Sequence record: SRR31156797_11979
DNA: 37,665 nucleotides
Direction: 5' to 3' (one strand)
The position numbers and the translations under genes are program-made. The notes under the pieces were generated by a model. That model searched no databases and was not told the DNA's origin. It saw nothing but the letters and a program-made list of their open reading frames with translations. This document shows, one piece after another, positions 25,249-33,827 of this stretch (the stretch's first letter is position 1; each line of letters starts with the position of its first letter).

Positions 25249-25325
25249 AAAATAGACCGGAATACACGATGCTTCCATAGCCACCTTCCTAAATAGATAG
25301 AAGCACTTTTCGTGTATCCCGGTCT
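25249..25325 (-). other. Long G-U-rich hairpin ending in a U-tract (acs 3' terminator or structured RNA)
   Basis: AGACCGGGAUACACGA..UGCUUCUAU-CUAUUU-AGGA-AGGUGG..AUGGAAGCA-UCGUGUAUUCCGGUCU-AUUUUU; apart from two bulges, the non-Watson-Crick positions are G-U on the minus strand. Confidence 0.65.
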
Positions 25326-25340
25326 CATCCGGTACAGTGC

Positions 25341-25399
25341 AGGCTGCTGAACTATTACCCGGTTCTTGTCAGAACCGGGTAACTTCCGGGCAGCCTTTT
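25341..25399. terminator. Hairpin directly after the acs stop; T-tract on the plus strand
   Basis: aggctgc..ttacccggttct-tgtc-agaaccgggtaa..gcagcct-ttt. Confidence 0.65.
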
Positions 25400-25406
25400 G
25401 CCATAC

Positions 25407-27392
25407 TTATGGATTCATTATTTCTTCATAACCTTCGATGAGATCGGTCACTACTGAAGGATCAGCCAGTGTCGAAGTGTCGCCGAGGTTCGAAGTATCG
25501 CCTTCTACAATCTTGCGCAGGATACGGCGCATGATCTTACCGCTGCGGGTCTTGGGCAGGGAGGGGGCAAACTGGATTACTTCCGGTGCTGCCAGAGGGC
25601 CGATTTCCTTACGGACGTGCATACGCAGTTCCTTAATCAGGTCTTCATCTTCGTCATATTCCGCCTTGAGGGTTACGTATGCGTAGATGGACTGGCCTTT
25701 GACCTCGTGGGGCATACCAACAACAGCCGCTTCGGAGGTTGCCGGGTGGGAAACCAGTGCGGACTCGATCTCAGCGGTTCCGAGTCTGTGACCGGAAACG
25801 TTGATTACGTCATCCACGCGGCCCATGATCCAGAAGTAGCCGTCTTCATCCCTGCGTGCTCCGTCGCCGGATTCGTATGTGCCGGGGAAGCCTTCAAAGT
25901 ATTGCTGCTTGAAGCGTTCCTGATTGCCCCAGACGCCGCGCAGCATGCCGGGCCACGGTTTACGGATGACGAGGAAACCACCTTCGTTGGGACCGACTTC
26001 TTCGCCGTGGCGGTCCACAATTGCCGCATCAATGCCGGGCAGCGGGAGGGTAGCTGAACCGGGCTTGAGCGGGGTGGCGTAGGGCAGCGGGGAAAGTACA
26101 TGTCCGCCTGTTTCCGTCTGCCACCAGGTATCAACGATGGGCAGTTTTTCGGCACCGATATTTTCGTGGTACCACATCCATGCTTCGGGGTTGATGGGCT
26201 CACCAACCGTGCCGAGAATGCGCAGGCTGGAGAGATCGTATTTCTTAGTCCACTGGTCGCCTTCACGCATGAGGGCGCGGATGGCGGTGGGAGCGGTGTA
26301 GAAAATATTTACTCTGAATTTCTCGCAGACCTGCCAGAATCTTGCCGGGTCCGGGTAGGTGGGCACTGATTCGAACATGATGCTGGTGGCACCGAGGGCC
26401 AGCGGTCCGTAAACAATGTATGAGTGTCCGGTTACCCAGCCGATGTCGGCGGTGCACCAGTGCACATCGTCATCTTTAAGATCGAATACCCACTGGCAGG
26501 TGTGGGCTGCGTAAGTCATGTAGCCGCCAGTGGTATGGAAAACGCCTTTAGGTTTACCGGTACTGCCGGAAGTGTAGAGGATGAAGAGCGGATCTTCGGA
26601 ATCCATCAGCTCGTAAGGGCAGTTGTCGGTTATTTCCGGATCTTCCATGAGATCGGACCAGAGACGGTCACGGCCTTCGACCATTTCAATTTCATTGTTC
26701 GCTCTGGGAACAACAATGCACTGTTCAACAGAGGGACACTCCTTGAGTGCTTCATCAGAGTTGGGTTTGAGCGGGATTTTTCTTCCGCCGCGCAGGACTC
26801 CGTCACCGGTGATATGTACTTTTGCACCGCAGTCGTTAATGCGGTCACGCAGGCTGTTGGAGCTGAAGCCCGCGAAAATGATGGAATGGGGGGCGCCGAT
26901 ACGGGTACAAGCCAGCATTGCGATGGCCAGTTCCGGGATCATGGGCAGGTAGATGGATACACGATCCCCTTTCTGTACGCCCAGTTTTTTGAGCACGTTG
27001 GCAAAGCGGCATACTTCGCGGTGGAGCATATCGTAGGTGTAGACTTTTACTTCATGATCTTCCTCGCCCTGCCAGATGAGTGCGGCCTTGTTACGGCGGC
27101 CGTTTTCAATGTGGCGGTCAAGGCAGTTGGCGGAGGCGTTGAGCTTGCCGCCTTCAAACCATTTAATCTCCGGTTTGTCGAAATCATAATCAAGAACATT
27201 GTCCCACTTCTTGTCCCAGGTGAGCAGTTCGTTTGCGCGTTCGGCCCAGAATCCTTCCATGTCGTTGATGGAACGGTCATAGATGGCTTTGTATTCTTCA
27301 AGGCTTTTCACGCATGCGCCGGGGAAATCGGCAGGAGGATTAAAGAGCCTGTTTTCTTTGGAGAGACTTTCAATTTTTTGTTCTTCAGTCAT
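25407..27392 (-). CDS. acs: Acetyl-CoA synthetase (AMP-forming acetate-CoA ligase)
   Basis: [64 protein letters not shown]. Confidence 0.97.
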   Translation of the reverse strand: MTEEQKIESLSKENRLFNPPADFPGACVKSLEEYKAIYDRSINDMEGFWAERANELLTWDKKWDNVLDYDFDKPEIKWFEGGKLNASANCLDRHIENGRRNKAALIWQGEEDHEVKVYTYDMLHREVCRFANVLKKLGVQKGDRVSIYLPMIPELAIAMLACTRIGAPHSIIFAGFSSNSLRDRINDCGAKVHITGDGVLRGGRKIPLKPNSDEALKECPSVEQCIVVPRANNEIEMVEGRDRLWSDLMEDPEITDNCPYELMDSEDPLFILYTSGSTGKPKGVFHTTGGYMTYAAHTCQWVFDLKDDDVHWCTADIGWVTGHSYIVYGPLALGATSIMFESVPTYPDPARFWQVCEKFRVNIFYTAPTAIRALMREGDQWTKKYDLSSLRILGTVGEPINPEAWMWYHENIGAEKLPIVDTWWQTETGGHVLSPLPYATPLKPGSATLPLPGIDAAIVDRHGEEVGPNEGGFLVIRKPWPGMLRGVWGNQERFKQQYFEGFPGTYESGDGARRDEDGYFWIMGRVDDVINVSGHRLGTAEIESALVSHPATSEAAVVGMPHEVKGQSIYAYVTLKAEYDEDEDLIKELRMHVRKEIGPLAAPEVIQFAPSLPKTRSGKIMRRILRKIVEGDTSNLGDTSTLADPSVVTDLIEGYEEIMNP

Positions 27393-27656
27393 AAGGTGGC
27401 CTCCTGAGGTCTTTTTTTAAAGTGCATGTGTCAGCAGAAAATTTTTACCGGATGTCTAGAGTTATATACATTTTTCCGTTTGTATGCACATGCTTTTCGA
27501 TAAACGGCGAAAGAAAATCACTGAACGGGATTAAAAACCGTTTGGCGGAAAGTTCGTGCCGTTTACCCGGAAAAGATACCGTTTGCTGTGAGTGGCGTTG
27601 TCTGCATAGTTAAGGTATACCCTTAAAAAAATACAAATTAACCATAGGCATCTTCC

Positions 27657-29204
27657 ATGAAAGCGCTAGTAATAAATCTCACCCGTTTCGGGGACCTCTT
27701 ACAGAGCCAGCCGGTAATCACAGCCCTTGCTGATCAGGGCTATGAAGTCGGGGTCATGTGTTTGAAAAATTTTGCCGGGACTACGCAGCTCCTACGTAAC
27801 GTAGCTAGGACCTTTCCGCTGCCCGGAGCATCGCTTTTAGCCTCACTGGACCGGGACTGGCGCGAGGCGATCAATGTTTTCGAATCATACTGCGCTGAAA
27901 TAGAAGAATCCTTTAATCCGGCATTGGTCATAAACCTGACTCCTTCCGTTTCCTCCCGGCTGATTGCTCTCAGGCTGGGCAAGGGCCGCGAAGTCCGTGG
28001 CTTTGCTATGGACGATTTCGGATTCAATGCCGATACCTCTCGCTGGGCCGGCTTCCTGCAGATGGCCTCCGCCAATCGTGGGTCCAGTCCTTTTAATGTG
28101 GTTGATCTTTTCAGCAAAGTGGCCGGGATTGATAAGCCGGCATTTTTTGAACTGGCTGATTCAACACCGGAAATGAAGGTTGCAGCTCTAAAAATGCTCG
28201 AAAATCCTGCGCCCGGGGCAGAGGGCTTTGTGGGGTTTCAACCCGGAGCCAGTGAGGACCGCAGGCGTTGGCCGATTGATCATTTCAGAGAATTGGGGCG
28301 TAGATTGTGGAAGGAAAAGCGCAGAGTTCCAGTTCTGCTTGGTACCGAAAGTGAAAAGGGGCTTGGTGATCGTATTCTGCAAGGAGCGGAATTTCCGTCC
28401 GTTAATCTTATAGGCGGCACGTCTCTTCCTGAGCTTGCAGCAGTACTGCGCCGTCTGGACCTGTTGGTGACCAACGATACCGGGACAATGCACCTTGCTG
28501 CCGGGGCAGGAACTCCGCTGGCGGCTATTTTTCTGGCTACTGCCCAGCCGTGGGATACTGGTCCGGCTGCCGCAAACCTGTGTTGTTTTGAGCCTGATCT
28601 TGATTGCCATCCCTGTCCTTTTGGGCAGGAGTGCGTTTATGACAATATCTGCCGCCGGGAAGTCGAGCCTGATGCTGTGTTTGAAGCTGTTTCATCTTTT
28701 ATTGATAGCGGAAAGTGGCCGCAGATTGAAAATAGAGGCGTCCGTGCTTACCTCACTGGACGGGATGAAAGGGGCATGATTTCTTTGACCTCTCTTTCCG
28801 GGCACGCGCAAAGTGATCGTCATAAGTGGATTGTTTTGCAGCGAGAACTTTACCGTCGTTTTCTTGACGGCAATGAATTTGTTGCAGCAGAGCTTCCTAA
28901 AATGGAGCTTTCATCTGATTTGCGGTCCAGATTGCTCAGCGCACTTAACAGTTGCCGGGATGTACTATTTCTGCTCAGCAAACAAGCGATGATTCTTCAG
29001 GCTAACCCTATTGAGGCCATGAAAATGAAATTTTTAGCTAACTTACAAAAAATACAGGATATATTGTCCTCCTGCCCAGAACTTTCCGTACTTTCTTCTA
29101 TGTGGATGGTCGAATCAAGGACTCATGAAAGCATGGATGGGGTCATGGATCAGTTAAATAGCTACATGGCTCTGGTCAGTGCCATATCCGTTTCTATTGA
29201 ATAG
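27657..29204 (+). CDS. Glycosyltransferase family 9 protein with helical C-terminal extension
   Basis: LTRFGDLLQSQP, FQPGASEDRRRWP, LIGGTSL.EL..., VTNDTGTMHLAA, CHPC...C. Confidence 0.85.
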   Translation: MKALVINLTRFGDLLQSQPVITALADQGYEVGVMCLKNFAGTTQLLRNVARTFPLPGASLLASLDRDWREAINVFESYCAEIEESFNPALVINLTPSVSSRLIALRLGKGREVRGFAMDDFGFNADTSRWAGFLQMASANRGSSPFNVVDLFSKVAGIDKPAFFELADSTPEMKVAALKMLENPAPGAEGFVGFQPGASEDRRRWPIDHFRELGRRLWKEKRRVPVLLGTESEKGLGDRILQGAEFPSVNLIGGTSLPELAAVLRRLDLLVTNDTGTMHLAAGAGTPLAAIFLATAQPWDTGPAAANLCCFEPDLDCHPCPFGQECVYDNICRREVEPDAVFEAVSSFIDSGKWPQIENRGVRAYLTGRDERGMISLTSLSGHAQSDRHKWIVLQRELYRRFLDGNEFVAAELPKMELSSDLRSRLLSALNSCRDVLFLLSKQAMILQANPIEAMKMKFLANLQKIQDILSSCPELSVLSSMWMVESRTHESMDGVMDQLNSYMALVSAISVSIE

Positions 29205-29207
29205 TAT

Positions 29208-29222
29208 TGGCATGACTCTTGA
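29208..29222 (+). promoter_or_regulatory. Probable sigma54 promoter (variant -12)
   Basis: TGGCATGACTCTTGA: GG-N10-GA, correct spacing, about 65 nt before the ATG at 29287. Confidence 0.55.
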
Positions 29223-29286
29223 AAGAAATAGGGCGTACCGGACCAACCGGAAAAAATTACGTACCTAATTTAGGAGGAGAGTCATT

Positions 29287-29892
29287 ATGATCGTTATCGA
29301 TGGAACCAAAACTGATCTCGATATCAGAAGCTTTGAAAATCTTGAGCAGGTTTTTGACAAGGTGTTGGAAGACGGACACCTAGAAGACCGCATTGTGACC
29401 GATGTTAAGGTCAACAATGAACCTTTCAGTGAAATTTACCCCAACCAGTCGGAAGATATTGAAACTTCCGAAATCGACAGCCTCGAAATCATCAGCTCAT
29501 CCGCAGTTGAGATGGCTACTGCCATCACCCTTGAACTTTACAAGGTTGTGAACATCATGGCCGGCGGCGGTAAGCAGGTTGCTGAATTATTCAGACAGGC
29601 AGACGATGCTGAAGCCCTCGAACTCTATCAGGATCTTCTTGATGTTATCAGGGACTTCCTAGGCATGGTCGGTAACCTGCGCGATCACTTCTCCATTAAA
29701 CAGCATGATGATTTCGAAAAGGTTGTGGAAGATTTTTCCGGTCTTTTCACTGAAATGACCGAAGTCCTTGAAAACGAGGACTGGATTCTGCTGGCTGATT
29801 TGCTTGAATATGAATTCCTGCCTTCCGTTGAAAAATGGAAGAATGTTATCTCCATCATTCGCGAGGATCTTAGGGAGGTAGCCAAGAGGTAG
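29287..29892 (+). CDS. Hypothetical acidic helical protein (probably flagellum-associated)
   Basis: AGGAGG RBS; C-terminal DWILLADLLEYE motif; sigma54-like promoter. Confidence 0.8.
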   Translation: MIVIDGTKTDLDIRSFENLEQVFDKVLEDGHLEDRIVTDVKVNNEPFSEIYPNQSEDIETSEIDSLEIISSSAVEMATAITLELYKVVNIMAGGGKQVAELFRQADDAEALELYQDLLDVIRDFLGMVGNLRDHFSIKQHDDFEKVVEDFSGLFTEMTEVLENEDWILLADLLEYEFLPSVEKWKNVISIIREDLREVAKR

Positions 29893-29898
29893 ACTGTT

Positions 29899-30252
29899 AT
29901 GGCCGAAACCTTGGAACTTCTGGATCAGGCTCTTGAAATCGGATACGAAGAGTTGAGATTTCTTGTGGCGGGCGAGGTGGACGATGCCTTTGATGCCGCA
30001 GAAAGAAGAGGTGTGCTCACCGATCAAGCTCTGGAAACAAAAGAGAGCGTGAGTCTGGATGAAATTCTGGAAAAGCTTAACAAGCTCAAAAACCTGCAGG
30101 GGCAGCTTACTTCGGAGGCTAAAAAGCTCCATGCATCGCTGCGGCAGGATATAGGGCGGGTTAAGAAGGAAAGTACCCGCTTCAGGGGGTACGGCAGTGC
30201 CGCGCGCGGCACCCCCTTGATTGCCAATCGTTACATCAACAAGGTTGGATAG
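29899..30252 (+). CDS. Hypothetical coiled-coil protein (FlgN/FliT chaperone-like size and pattern)
   Basis: GAGG RBS; 117 aa, helical; late GY and terminal INKVG. Confidence 0.7.
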   Translation: MAETLELLDQALEIGYEELRFLVAGEVDDAFDAAERRGVLTDQALETKESVSLDEILEKLNKLKNLQGQLTSEAKKLHASLRQDIGRVKKESTRFRGYGSAARGTPLIANRYINKVG

Positions 30253-30301
30253 ACCGCAGGACGATACATAAACTGTCCTTCTGCGTAACTACGGTACAAG
30301 T

Positions 30302-30334
30302 ATCCCCCGCTGACTCAGTCAGCGGGGGATTTTT
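30302..30334 (+). terminator. Rho-independent terminator
   Basis: 13-bp stem atcccccgctgac / gtcagcgggggat followed by a T-tract. Confidence 0.85.
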
Positions 30335-30407
30335 GTTGATTTTATTATGTGAATTATTTTTGAAAAATAGCCTGTTCCAATATTTTTTCATGGGTTGGGG
30401 ATTTTAA

Positions 30408-30443
30408 TTGACTAAGTCAACTAAAATTGTTGATAGTGTCAAC
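30408..30443. promoter_or_regulatory. Tandem palindromic operators upstream of the MarR-GNAT gene
   Basis: TTGACTAAGTCAA (30408-30420) and TTGATAGTGTCAA (30430-30442), starts 22 bp apart. Confidence 0.6.
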
Positions 30444-30493
30444 TAGTTGAGGTGCTTTATCCTCGGAAGGAAATGAAGAAGAGGTAATAATAA

Positions 30494-31417
30494 ATGGCTG
30501 TAGATCAAAATTATATTGAAAGAATACGAAGTTTTAATAGGTTTTATACTCAGATTTTAGGGTTGTTGGAAAGTAGTCTTCTTAAGACTGAGTACTCTTT
30601 GACAGAAGGAAGGGTCCTTTTCGAACTCGGTCAGGAGACAGATATTGTTGCAAAGGATTTGGCAAGCAGGCTTCACCTTGATCCGGCTTATCTCAGCAGG
30701 ATGCTGGCTCGTTTCGAGAAACAGGGATTGATTGATAAGAAAAAATCTCCAGCAGATTCTCGTAAGCAATGCATCTCCCTTACTCTTGCTGGAAAAGATG
30801 AACTTTCCGGATTGCAGCAGTTGTCAAATATGCAGATTACGGAGTTTCTTGCCGGGACAACCGCTGAACAACAAAAACAACTTGTTGCGGCAATGGGAGA
30901 TATTGAGCGAATTCTCAATTCCGGTAAGTCTTCCAAGGAAGCCCTGGTCATCCGTCCTCATAAATCTGGTGATATCGGGATTATCACATATAAGCATGCT
31001 GCATTCTATTCGGAACGGTATGGTTTTGATGTTACTTTTGATGCCTATGTAGCTTCTGCCCTGTCTGAATTTGTCCTGAATTATGATTCGGAAAAAGAGC
31101 ATCTATGGGTCGTGGAAGAAGGGACAACTCCGGTAGCGTTTATCGCTATTGTTAAAGTTGATGACGATGTGGCCCAGCTGCGCTGGTTTTTAGTAGATCC
31201 TCATCTGAGGGGTAATGGTTTAGGAAAGAAATTGATTCATGAGGCTGTGGATTTTTGCAGGCGCAGGAATTATAAGAAGGTAATATTGTGGACTGTCGAG
31301 AACCTTCAAGTCGCCCGGAAGCTCTATAGCCAGTTTGGTTTTGAGGTCAGCGAGACCAAAACTCATGAGATATGGGGGCAGCCTCTTACTGAGGAATTGT
31401 GGGAATTGCACTTTTAA
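30494..31417 (+). CDS. Bifunctional MarR-family HTH regulator / GNAT acetyltransferase
   Basis: RSFNRFYT..LGLL, SLTEGRVLFEL, LDPAYLSRML, DSRKQCISLT; GNAT half QLRWFLVDPHLRGNGLGKKL, ARKLYSQFGF. Confidence 0.92.
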   Translation: MAVDQNYIERIRSFNRFYTQILGLLESSLLKTEYSLTEGRVLFELGQETDIVAKDLASRLHLDPAYLSRMLARFEKQGLIDKKKSPADSRKQCISLTLAGKDELSGLQQLSNMQITEFLAGTTAEQQKQLVAAMGDIERILNSGKSSKEALVIRPHKSGDIGIITYKHAAFYSERYGFDVTFDAYVASALSEFVLNYDSEKEHLWVVEEGTTPVAFIAIVKVDDDVAQLRWFLVDPHLRGNGLGKKLIHEAVDFCRRRNYKKVILWTVENLQVARKLYSQFGFEVSETKTHEIWGQPLTEELWELHF

Positions 31418-31421
31418 TTAA

Positions 31422-31477
31422 GCCTCAAAAAAAAAGGGTGCTCGGTTTAGAAATCGAGTCCCCTTTTTTTTTGAGGC
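31422..31477. terminator. Bidirectional terminator between convergent genes
   Basis: gcctc-A9-ggg.ctcg...cgag.ccc-T9-gaggc. Confidence 0.8.
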
Positions 31478-31522
31478 CAAATTTTAGTTTCGGATCTTTC
31501 TGGAGTAGAAGACAGTTAACAG

Positions 31523-32479
31523 CTACATTTGGGTCCAGTCGATATTCTGTTCATTCTCATCACGCATTTTTCCCGTGCTGGTGAATTCAACGCCCACCCG
31601 GCAGGTTTGACCGCCTATGTTTTCCATGGAGCGGATTTTGCCCGCATACCAGTATGGTTTGAAAACTTTCTGCCGGAAATTGAACATGAAGATACTGATC
31701 AGCACATCATCATCGATGTTAAATTTTGATTCCACCAGCATGGGTGATGCGCCAACCCCGATACCGCCGTTGGAGATGTTGATGACCTGATTGTCCTCAT
31801 GTCCGGTAGAGCGGGGGTCATACGAATTGACTGCAAGATCGGGAAGCCTGTCAGCAAATGTGGTGTCGTCGCTGTCGGGTTTGCCCAGCCAGAGCTTTAC
31901 CCGGATGAACTGCTGGTCAATGACACGTTTACGTTTGTGGCGGCGTCTTTTGACCAATGAAAATTTAACAGGCGGAGTCAGGGTCATCCTGCCGCAGTTT
32001 CCGGTTTCGCATTCAATGGAATTTATGGTCGACCTGAAGGAGTTTACTTTCCCGGCTGCGCTTTGGTCCGGAGGGAACATGAGGATTAATTCTGCAGTGG
32101 GACTGAGGCGGGCAATCCCATTTTCTTCGATAATTTCGACTCGCATATGGTCAGGTTTGACCGCAGTGAGTACCCCACGTCCAAGCACGTTCTCATGTTC
32201 TCCGGCCGCTGCAATATCCATTATCGTTCCGCTATTCTGGAAGAATTGAACAAAGTCCCTCGGGCCTTGAGGTTTCTGCTTTTTCTTAGGCTTGTGACGT
32301 AGCAGCAGGAAAGCGAAAATTGCCGCCAGAAGTGCAAGCAGCCCCGCTGCCGAAAGAATCAGGTATAAGGATTCTTGTGGCAGGGTGGTGAGAAAATTTT
32401 CAACAGGACTAACTACTTCTGCCTGAATCAAATCGATGATGTATTGAAAATTAATTTTTTCCATTGTCAAATTTTCCAT
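31523..32479 (-). CDS. Membrane-anchored PilZ-domain protein
   Basis: One TM segment (LYLILSAAGLLALLAAIFAFLLL), YcgR-like N-domain, RRHKR (RxxxR) and NISNGG motifs, terminal VGVEF; start may be 32464. Confidence 0.75.
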   Translation of the reverse strand: MENLTMEKINFQYIIDLIQAEVVSPVENFLTTLPQESLYLILSAAGLLALLAAIFAFLLLRHKPKKKQKPQGPRDFVQFFQNSGTIMDIAAAGEHENVLGRGVLTAVKPDHMRVEIIEENGIARLSPTAELILMFPPDQSAAGKVNSFRSTINSIECETGNCGRMTLTPPVKFSLVKRRRHKRKRVIDQQFIRVKLWLGKPDSDDTTFADRLPDLAVNSYDPRSTGHEDNQVINISNGGIGVGASPMLVESKFNIDDDVLISIFMFNFRQKVFKPYWYAGKIRSMENIGGQTCRVGVEFTSTGKMRDENEQNIDWTQM

Positions 32480-32696
32480 AGCGACTATTATTATGATGAA
32501 AATATATTTACCATCTATATATGTATGATCAGTGGCAGATTAATGTCAATGTTACGTAATTGCTGGACTAAGAAGGATATTACGGCTAATCCTCTCCCTG
32601 ACGTAGGGTTATTATCCCGATTATTCTACCGGGAATCCGTATATGAGGACATTTTGTCCGTTTGATTAACTTTTTGAAAACAGGGCTGTTTTTTAA

Positions 32697-33554
32697 ATGC
32701 TCGAAAGAACTTTTTGTCATCTCAAGGGAATTGGAAGCACTACTGAAGCCAAAATCTGGCAGGCTGGAGCGAACAGCTGGAACGATATCCTTGATGGCGT
32801 TGCCTCGCCCCTTTCCGATGCTAAAATGAATGAATTGGAAAAAGGGTGTGGTGAATCAAAGCAGAAGCTTGAAGAGTACGATGCCAACTGGTTCGCTGAT
32901 CGTCTTCCCGCCTCTGACCAGTGGCGGATGTATTCCCATTTCCGCAATAATGTGGCTTATATTGATATTGAAACTACCGGGACCGATGCCCACAGCTGCG
33001 ATATCACCACCATTGCTCTCTGGAACGGTAAAGATATTAAGACTTATGTTCAGGGCAAGAATCTGTATGATTTCGAAGAAGAGATTGCCAAATATCCGCT
33101 GATCGTGAGTTTCAACGGCAAATGTTTTGATGTGCCGTTCATTGAAAAATATTTCGGTATCAAGGTTGAAGCTGCACATATCGATCTGCGTTTTGTCTTC
33201 CGCTCTTTGGGAATCACCGGGGGACTGAAAGGGATTGAGCGTTATTTCGGCATGGACCGCGGTGACGCAGAAGGGCTGGATGGTTATTTTGCAGTGTTGC
33301 TCTGGAATGAATATGAAATGAATGGCGATGAGCGTGCCCTTGAAACCTTGTTGGCCTACAATGTTCTAGATAGTGTGAATCTGGAAAATCTGATGATCAA
33401 AGGATACAACCTGCATATTGAAAGATTTCCCCAGCATGGACTCGAATCCATTGCTGAGAAGATTGAACCTCTGAATCCTTTTAAGGCTCATCGTGAGGTT
33501 GTTGATGGAATCAGGGCTAAATATTCCGGCGAAGGATCATTTCGCAGATTCTAA
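32697..33554 (+). CDS. RNase H-like (RNase_H_2/YprB-type) DEDD exonuclease with N-terminal HhH-like motif
   Basis: LKGIGSTT; YIDIETTG, SFNGKCFDVPF, HIDL, GGLKGIE, YNVLD. Confidence 0.85.
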   Translation: MLERTFCHLKGIGSTTEAKIWQAGANSWNDILDGVASPLSDAKMNELEKGCGESKQKLEEYDANWFADRLPASDQWRMYSHFRNNVAYIDIETTGTDAHSCDITTIALWNGKDIKTYVQGKNLYDFEEEIAKYPLIVSFNGKCFDVPFIEKYFGIKVEAAHIDLRFVFRSLGITGGLKGIERYFGMDRGDAEGLDGYFAVLLWNEYEMNGDERALETLLAYNVLDSVNLENLMIKGYNLHIERFPQHGLESIAEKIEPLNPFKAHREVVDGIRAKYSGEGSFRRF

Positions 33555-33614
33555 TTTATGCAATAGGCAGGTGTCATTTTTTGCCGCCTGTATGAAGTGG
33601 AATTTTTTGCCTGC

Positions 33615-33649
33615 AAGGGCCGTTTCTTTTTTAGGGAACGGCCTTTTTT
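33615..33649 (+). terminator. Rho-independent terminator
   Basis: aagggccgtttc...ggaacggccttt followed by T residues. Confidence 0.7.
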
Positions 33650-33827
33650 CGTGTCGATTAGAATAAAATTTATATTTTAAATTAATGCCTTAGCTGTTAG
33701 TCTAGACTTTTTTTATATGTAATGAGTGTCCTTCTTAACAAATGGGAACGGTCTGTGCATTCCACCGTGCAGTAGGTAAAGCATGCCTCCATGATTTTAA
33801 TATATGATGTTCGCAAGGAGTGTTGAA

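Noticed and set aside
25254..25325. SRP (4.5S) RNA or tRNA identity for the long hairpin
   Set aside because: Lacks the SRP domain IV consensus (CAGG..GNRA..AGCAG) and any cloverleaf or T-loop
26424..27407. 327-aa plus-strand ORF
   Set aside because: Antisense shadow of acs
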